Source of the DNA: an uncultured Acidobacteriota bacterium
Lineage (GTDB): Bacteria; Acidobacteriota; Thermoanaerobaculia; UBA5066; Gp7-AA6
Direction: 5' to 3'
DNA: 64,000 bases
NCBI GenBank assembly: GCA_963764715.1
Contig: CAVXTP010000011.1
Location: 27,979 to 91,978, forward strand
This document shows, piece by piece, positions 58,427 to 64,000 of this stretch (position 1 is its first letter; every line of letters begins with the position of its first letter). The notes beneath the pieces are model-generated. The model was not told the origin of the DNA. It was given only the letters and a program-made list of their open reading frames with translations, and made no database searches. The position numbers were made by a program, and so were the translations under genes.

Positions 58427-60648
58427 CCTTCGGGCTCGTTTTCACCGGTCGGCCCGCCCGGTTCATTCTCCGCGCCGCGCTCGCGGAGGCGCTCGAGCTC
58501 GATCGGATGCTCTTCCTCCATCTCGCGCTCGGTCAGCATCCCCGTCAGCCAGGCCATGTTCATCGGGTAGGCGTCGGGGTTGAAGACGACGTAGTAGAGG
58601 TGCCAGACGAGAATGGCGAGCGTGGCGAGCCAGGCCTCGTAAAAGTGGATGACGCGGGCGACGTCGTAGCCGAGCTTGGTCAGGAGGCCGATGAACGTGT
58701 TGTCGAACCACATGACCGTGCCCGTGACGGCCATCACCGCCGTGCCCCAGACGAGCGCCCAGTACTCGCTCTTCTCGATGTAGCTGAACCGGTCGAACCG
58801 CGGCTTCTCGGCGGAGAGCCCCGTGTTGTACTTCAGCACGGCGACCGCGTCGCGAAGGTCCTGGCCGCTCCACCAGATGTCGCGCAGGAACTGGCGTCCC
58901 CGCGGCGTCAGCGTGAGATAGGCGACGTGGTAGACGCTCGAGGCCACCATGAAGACTGCCGAGATCCGATGAACGAGGCTCCGGACGTCGAACGCGGTCG
59001 GGGAGAAGCGGCGCAGGGCGAGGACCCACCAGGCGTCGGGGTAGCGCAGCATGAACCCGGTGACGACGAGCAGGACGAAGCTCACCATGAGGGTCCCGTG
59101 CTGGAGACGCTCGCCGAGCGTCATCCGGAGGTAGAGCCCGCGGCCGGCGGGCGGCTCGACGATCTCGCCCCGACGGACCTGCATGTGAGTCTTCGACTTT
59201 CGGAGGAAGTCGAGGAGGTTGTGAAGGAGCATTCCGCCGACGACGGCGACGATGAGAATCAGGTACAGCGTCGCGATCCAGTAGAGCAGCGGCTGCTCCT
59301 GCGCCGTCGCGGCGACGTGGATCTTGGCTTTCGCGAACCGCTCGTTGGCCCCCGGATGGCAGCCCGAGGCGCCGCAGGTCCTGGCCAGGTTGGCCGGGCT
59401 GATCCGGGAAGCCGGGTCCGAGGAGGGGAGGATGTCGTGCGTGCCGTGGCAGCTGGCGCAGTTGGCCACTTCGAGGACTCCGCCGCGGGCCGCGAGGCCG
59501 TGGTAGCTGTCGGCGAACGTCTGCGTCCGGTCCCGGGGAAGGTCCCACTTTTCCGTGACCTTCAGCGAAGTGTGGCACGGCGAGCAGACCCGGGCCGAAA
59601 CGTTGGCGGCCGAGACGGGGGAGCGCGGGTCCTTGGTTGAAAGGATGCCGTGCTCGCCGTGGCAGTCGGTGCACGCGGGGGCGTCCTGGTTTCCCTTCCG
59701 GATCGCCACACCGTGGACGCTCGCGTCGTACTCGCGGCTCTGCACCTCGTGGCAGCGCGCGCACACCTGCTCCACGCGCATCTTGTTGACCTTCGAGGCG
59801 GAGTCGAACCCGTAGCGCATGTCGTGCGCGCCGTGGCAGTCGATGCAGGTGGGCGCCTTGGCGTTCCCGCGGGCCAGGGCGGCCCCGTGGACGCTGTGCT
59901 CGAAAGACTCGATGAACCCGGACGTCGAAGCGCCGTTCTCGCGGACGGCCTTGTCCCCCACGTGGCAGGAGACGCAGAGGCGCTCCTGGGCGAGCTTCAA
60001 GGCCCCGGGCTCGGCGCCGGAACCGGCCGTGACCTGCGTGCGGTGGCAGTCGACGCACGTCGGGGCCTTCGGCTTTCCGGCGAGAAGGCCCTTGCCGTGC
60101 TCCGACGCGAGGAAACGGGTCTTCACCTGCCCGTGACACGTCCCGCACTCGGCGGCCTGGCGGACGGGAGCGAATCGGAATGCGGCGTCCTTGACGGCGA
60201 CCACGTCATGGCTGCCGTGACAGGCCTTGCAGGACGTCTCGGCCTTGCCCTGGCCCGCGGCCGCCCGCGCGATCCCCGGATGAAAGGCATGCGACTTGCC
60301 GGCCGCGTCGTGGCAGGTGGCGCAGTCGACGGGCTTCAGCTTCTCCTTGTGCGGAAAGTCCGACTTCGCGAGGTCGGCATGGCAGTCGACGCAGGAAACC
60401 CCGGCCTGGCCATGGACGGACGCGGCGAACTTCTTCTCCGCCACGAAAACGCTCCGGCCGTCGGCGCGTTTCGCCTCGGCGTCCCCGTGGCAGGCCTGGC
60501 AGTCCTCGTTCGCGGGAGCCGGGGCCGGCGCGGCGGAAGAGACGGATGCCGCCAGGAGGAGCGCGGCGGCGAAGAGGGCGGGGGCGAGAGAAAACCGGCC
60601 CCTGGGCCCGCCGTTCGAGGGCGGATCGCCCCGGGGCCGGTCGAACAT
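58423..60648 (-). CDS. Multiheme cytochrome c/cytochrome b fusion (12 CxxCH plus 1 CX4CH)
   Basis: TAATG overlap; ERLQH, VHR, FSYIEKSEYWALVWG, IHFYEAWLA..VWH cytochrome b domain. Confidence 0.9.
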   Translation of the reverse strand: MFDRPRGDPPSNGGPRGRFSLAPALFAAALLLAASVSSAAPAPAPANEDCQACHGDAEAKRADGRSVFVAEKKFAASVHGQAGVSCVDCHADLAKSDFPHKEKLKPVDCATCHDAAGKSHAFHPGIARAAAGQGKAETSCKACHGSHDVVAVKDAAFRFAPVRQAAECGTCHGQVKTRFLASEHGKGLLAGKPKAPTCVDCHRTQVTAGSGAEPGALKLAQERLCVSCHVGDKAVRENGASTSGFIESFEHSVHGAALARGNAKAPTCIDCHGAHDMRYGFDSASKVNKMRVEQVCARCHEVQSREYDASVHGVAIRKGNQDAPACTDCHGEHGILSTKDPRSPVSAANVSARVCSPCHTSLKVTEKWDLPRDRTQTFADSYHGLAARGGVLEVANCASCHGTHDILPSSDPASRISPANLARTCGASGCHPGANERFAKAKIHVAATAQEQPLLYWIATLYLILIVAVVGGMLLHNLLDFLRKSKTHMQVRRGEIVEPPAGRGLYLRMTLGERLQHGTLMVSFVLLVVTGFMLRYPDAWWVLALRRFSPTAFDVRSLVHRISAVFMVASSVYHVAYLTLTPRGRQFLRDIWWSGQDLRDAVAVLKYNTGLSAEKPRFDRFSYIEKSEYWALVWGTAVMAVTGTVMWFDNTFIGLLTKLGYDVARVIHFYEAWLATLAILVWHLYYVVFNPDAYPMNMAWLTGMLTEREMEEEHPIELERLRERGAENEPGGPTGENEPEG

Positions 60649-60935
60649 TACTTCTTCTCGGCCGGGTATTCCTTGAGCCAGGCGACGTCGACTTCCGTGG
60701 CCTTGCGGCTGGCCTTCTGATCGACCAGCCACTTTCCACGGTCGTTGTAGGTCGCCGCCCCCTTCTTCGGCATCTTCTCGCCATGGCAGTAGAGGCAGTT
60801 CTCGGCGGGGAAGCCGAGCTCCTTGGCCTTCTTCTGCATCGGCATGGTCGCCGACGAGGGGACGCTCAGGGCGATCCAGCCGCTCCACGCAATAACGACG
60901 ACCGCCAGTGCGGAGCGCAAACTCGTTCTTTTCAC
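60648..60935 (-). CDS. Small monoheme cytochrome c
   Basis: Signal peptide, CLYCH, Lys-rich; GGAGG RBS. Confidence 0.85.
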   Translation of the reverse strand: MKRTSLRSALAVVVIAWSGWIALSVPSSATMPMQKKAKELGFPAENCLYCHGEKMPKKGAATYNDRGKWLVDQKASRKATEVDVAWLKEYPAEKK

Positions 60936-60968
60936 AGTCGGGCCTCCTTCCTTTCGGGGGTGACGGGT

Positions 60969-61256
60969 CTACTTCTTCGGGTAGTCCTTCAGCCATGCGC
61001 CGTCGACGGCCTTGGCGCCCTTCTTGTCCTTCTCGGCGATGAGCCACTTGCCGACGTCGTTGGGCTCGTGCATCCCGGCGTCCTTCTTGGGCAGCTTGTC
61101 GACGTGGCAGTACTGGCAGTTCTTGGCGTCGACGCCCGCGGCCTTCGCCTGCTTCTGGATGTCGAGCGTGGCGGTCGAAACGGCGCTGAACGCCATCCAC
61201 CCGCACCACACGAGCAGGGTCACCATCGATCCGAGACGGGAGCCGGTCTTCGACAT
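60969..61256 (-). CDS. Small monoheme cytochrome c (tandem paralogue)
   Basis: Signal peptide, CQYCH; AAGGAGG RBS; shares NDxGKWL and WLKxYP with its neighbour. Confidence 0.85.
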   Translation of the reverse strand: MSKTGSRLGSMVTLLVWCGWMAFSAVSTATLDIQKQAKAAGVDAKNCQYCHVDKLPKKDAGMHEPNDVGKWLIAEKDKKGAKAVDGAWLKDYPKK

Positions 61257-61296
61257 GGGGTTTCCTCCTTGACCAGATTCTATGGGGTCGGGGCGC

Positions 61297-61473
61297 TCAC
61301 GGGCGCCAGTGCAGTCCGACGTAGTAGCGATTGGCGTCGTAGTTCGCGAGAGGGCCCGCCTGGTCGAATGCCACGCGTTCCTCGTACTGGTCGAGGTTCC
61401 ATTCGAGCGTCAGCCCGAGGTTGTGGATGAAGAAGAACTCGGCCAGCGCCCGGGCGCGGTTGAAGGTGAAGGA
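61297..61473 (-). CDS. C-terminal fragment of a probable outer-membrane beta-barrel, truncated at the junction
   Basis: Not in ORF track; SFTFNRARALAEFFFIHNLGLTLEWNLDQYEE...NYDANRYYVGLHWRP* with alternating aromatic/hydrophobic strands. Confidence 0.6.
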   Translation of the reverse strand, partial: SFTFNRARALAEFFFIHNLGLTLEWNLDQYEERVAFDQAGPLANYDANRYYVGLHWRP

Positions 61474-61476
61474 TCA
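61472..61476. other. Abrupt high-GC to low-GC junction (probable chimera or contig join)
   Basis: Composition switches at GATC 61472-61475; an in-frame stop appears in the barrel frame immediately past it. Confidence 0.85.
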
Positions 61477-61624
61477 AAATGTTTACGCTTATCATTTTGT
61501 CGGGAAATTATTGGAAGCCATAGTCCTGAAAAATCACGCAACGCTGGTGGCGGCAATTAACCCGGGAACACAGAATTTGGAAGCTTTCCTTTTGAACTTC
61601 CTTCCAAATAAAGGCAGCAATTGA
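61475..61624 (+). CDS. 3' fragment of an unidentified gene from the AT-rich segment
   Basis: Open frame QNVYAYHFVGKLLEAIVLK...NKGSN* with no native start. Confidence 0.35.
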   Translation, partial: QNVYAYHFVGKLLEAIVLKNHATLVAAINPGTQNLEAFLLNFLPNKGSN

Positions 61625-61955
61625 TAAAATAAGATTTTCAACCGGTTAAAAAATGATTCCTGCCGCTAGGTAATTCCCATTCCGGAATAAATTTCCGTGT
61701 GCTATTCTCTGCGTGGATTCCGTTTGTAGTTTTCGCTATCCTATTCATCTTACCCCTAACTTCTGAGAATCTGCGACTAAGAAAAGTGCGCCATCGAATA
61801 TCTTAAAACTCAAACTGGTTTAGATCTGATTCATAATTCCGGATCCACCGCAGGTCTCCGGTATCGGTTTATCAATGAGTCAGGCTTCAATTATGAGAAA
61901 CTGAAAAAAATAAATTTTAAACATATTAATTATACCCATAAATCAGCATTATTTT

Positions 61956-62698
61956 ATGAAAAAGAAAACAATCGCCGCCAATTTATATTCCTGTGTTTCT
62001 CCAATGAATTGCCTGCGTAAGAAATCAACCAGGTTACTTGATTTGATTTTTCTCATCCTGCCATGCACATTATTCAGTCAAACCCTGGATGATTTCAGAA
62101 CAGCAGCAAGCAGCAACGGCGTGAATCTAATTCCATTCACTGATCTCAGAAAAGATGCCACTTCAATTGCTGATGATGTGCAACGCAGGAAAGATGATGC
62201 AAAATCGTATGATTATGACCTTTTAGCGAGCCAGAAAAACAATATGCTAAAGGAGATCAAAAAGATAATGATGACATTGCCTCGGATCATGAAGAGACAG
62301 AAGATTTTAAAAACAGACATCCGGATGGAAATACATCTTCTTTTGATGGCGAAATTGATAAAGAAAAAGGATATATCCGGGTATAATGATAAAATAAAAG
62401 ATTTGAATGATAAATTGGGAAGGCAGTAGAAGTATATGACCGTCGGCTACAACGCCCGCGCAGGGTTGCGGGAATATTTTCAAAAAGCGTCGATCAATTA
62501 TCTGATGTAAAATCCAACCCGGATAAATATCTGGGAAGCAGTCCCTCCGAAGAAGACAGAAATAAACTGCAGGAATATGTAAGGGTAATTGAAGATCAGA
62601 TTCAATCCAACATGAAGACCCACCAGGATCAGGAAGACGGCGCCAGGAAAAGGAAAGCTGATTTTGAAAACCTCATCAAAACAACAGAATACAAGTGA
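61956..62698 (+). CDS. Secreted helical/coiled-coil hypothetical protein with several frameshifts
   Basis: Signal-like ...CTLFSQ; charged helical sequence continues in shifted frames to ...FENLIKTTEYK*. Confidence 0.55.
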
Positions 62699-62725
62699 AG
62701 AATTGACCAGTAAATTTGACAAGAT

Positions 62726-62753
62726 GTCAAGTCCATGAAATGATGGACTTGAC
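62726..62753. terminator. Hairpin between convergent genes
   Basis: GTCAAGTCCAT-N6-ATGGACTTGAC. Confidence 0.5.
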
Positions 62754-62866
62754 CTGGACTTGACCCCTTAGAGTTAAGTCAGCGATAAGGCAGAATGTAT
62801 AGAGAGGGCAATTACGTTTTAATACAAAACCAATGGCAAGACAACGAGATTCCTGTTTGTCAGTAT

Positions 62867-63484
62867 TCAAAAACCATTATAAGTAAATACTGTCCGTATA
62901 TAATGAATTTTAGAAGTGTCCACCCCAAAATCCTTATACAGTCCCCCTACGATCGAGTTGATTGCATAATTTGCTTCGAGCGCTTGAATCTGTTCTGTAT
63001 GTATTTCTATTGTATCGCCGCCTAATGTTAATGAGGTTGCTGTAGGGAAAGCTACATTAAAGTGCAGGGGCAGAAAGTTGTCTATTAAGACCAGCCTTTT
63101 AGTAGACGGACTATAAGAATAGGTGTCAAGTCCTACCTCCATACGTTAAATAGGTTGAATCCGTCTTAAATAAAAAGGTTGCCCAGTTTATGGTAATCAG
63201 TTGGCTAGTTTGATAAGTATACACGCCAATATCCTAGATAACTTGACCGTTTGGGAAAAGATTTCCCACTTATAGCCTGTAAGTTTGCAAAAATCCGTTG
63301 TACAGGGAGGCGGAGGAGGCGGAGGAGGTGGAGAAGAAGTAGTCGATGATTTGCTGCAGCTAAAACCCGCCGTAAAAATAAAAAATGTCAGAAATACTAA
63401 CTTGATTACTTCTCTCTTCCTGCAAATGTTCAGGATCGAGCATGAACCCAAAAGCGGCCTGGTCATTTTAATTTGTTTTTTCAT
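62867..63484 (-). CDS. Bacteroidota-style lipoprotein with a poly-Pro linker, frameshifted
   Basis: FIFTAGFS-C-SKSS lipobox-like, P9 tract; continues into ORF 62867-63142. Confidence 0.55.
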
Positions 63485-63613
63485 TTTGGCTATTCGGGTA
63501 AGTCATCCCCTAAACAAACCTTTGCCTTAACAACCGGTTAACTTAGGCGACATGACATTTATCCAATTTATTTTCTCTTATTTTATAATGAATTTAACTC
63601 CGGTATGATCGAA

Positions 63614-63638
63614 AAAAAATACCGATTAATAGGTAGTC
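63614..63638. promoter_or_regulatory. NarL/LuxR-type 7-2-7 inverted site, copy 1
   Basis: AAAAAATACCGATTAATAGGTAGTC. Confidence 0.45.
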
Positions 63639-63860
63639 GTGTTTTTGTAAATCTTTTGTGCGACACTGACCCCCACCGACCCATAAGTTGGAAAAGGAGG
63701 GGTAACAATAAAAGTTGTCCAGGTGGCATCAATATATTGTTGTACATAGCTTACCGGTCTTTACAGAAATAGGAATACGTATCTGCTGCGGAAAAGTTGT
63801 AATTTCAGCAACAGGGACTGGCGAATGTATTTTAATAAAACTAACGGGAATTTCCCTTAT

Positions 63861-63885
63861 AAAAAATACCGATTTATAGGTAGTC
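63861..63885. promoter_or_regulatory. NarL/LuxR-type 7-2-7 inverted site, copy 2
   Basis: AAAAAATACCGATTTATAGGTAGTC, 24/25 identical to copy 1. Confidence 0.45.
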
Positions 63886-64000
63886 ATCATTCTGATAGAT
63901 CGGGGTAATCCATGTTATGGAATGCCGTGTATCCTGAAAAAAGATGGTATATGGAGCAAAATAAATTCAATCTGGAATTGAGCAAAATTTTAGCCGGGTT

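Noticed and set aside
15-60720. Many long ORFs in the track (e.g. 740-2854+, 25398-28460-, 55550-58570+)
   Set aside because: Antisense or off-frame shadows of real genes in high-GC DNA; Arg/Gly/Pro-rich with no motifs
63304-63332. GGAGGC repeat
   Set aside because: Encodes the poly-Pro linker of the lipoprotein
61473-64000. Genuine horizontally acquired island or prophage
   Set aside because: No att site, integrase or IS ends, and genes are cut on both sides; an artefact is more parsimonious
1-64000. CRISPR array, tRNA (including tRNA-Sec), rRNA, transposase or anti-phage system
   Set aside because: No regularly spaced repeats, tRNA arm motifs or relevant protein motifs recognised by eye

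Overview
Positions 1 to about 61,473 are a gene-dense, very high-GC bacterial chromosome segment. It is probably from an Acidobacteriota, Thermoanaerobaculia-like organism, inferred from tandem GWxTD-domain genes, a characteristic secreted domain and the amidase-GerMN-rph block. It encodes peptidases (S9, two M13, Lon), CorA, RNase PH, thioredoxin, Nei, AsmA and an ECF42-type sigma/DGPF pair. It also encodes a split NAD-linked formate dehydrogenase whose catalytic subunit is a selenoprotein (in-frame TGA plus SECIS). The most notable feature is a ~12.5 kb multiheme electron-transfer island: a beta-barrel tail, two monoheme cytochromes, two CbcL-like cytochrome c/b fusions (13 and 19 heme motifs), an ImcH-like protein, and a Rieske-cytochrome b-nonaheme operon, with 49 heme-binding motifs in total. 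A TGATG-N6-CATCA palindrome recurs at fixed promoter spacing in and next to the island. At about 61,473, inside a GATC, the sequence switches abruptly and mid-gene to AT-rich, Bacteroidota-like DNA, most likely a chimeric or concatenation junction. Several single-base frameshifts in conserved genes suggest unpolished long-read sequence. No rRNA, tRNA or CRISPR array was recognised. All family assignments come from motif recognition by eye, not database searches.
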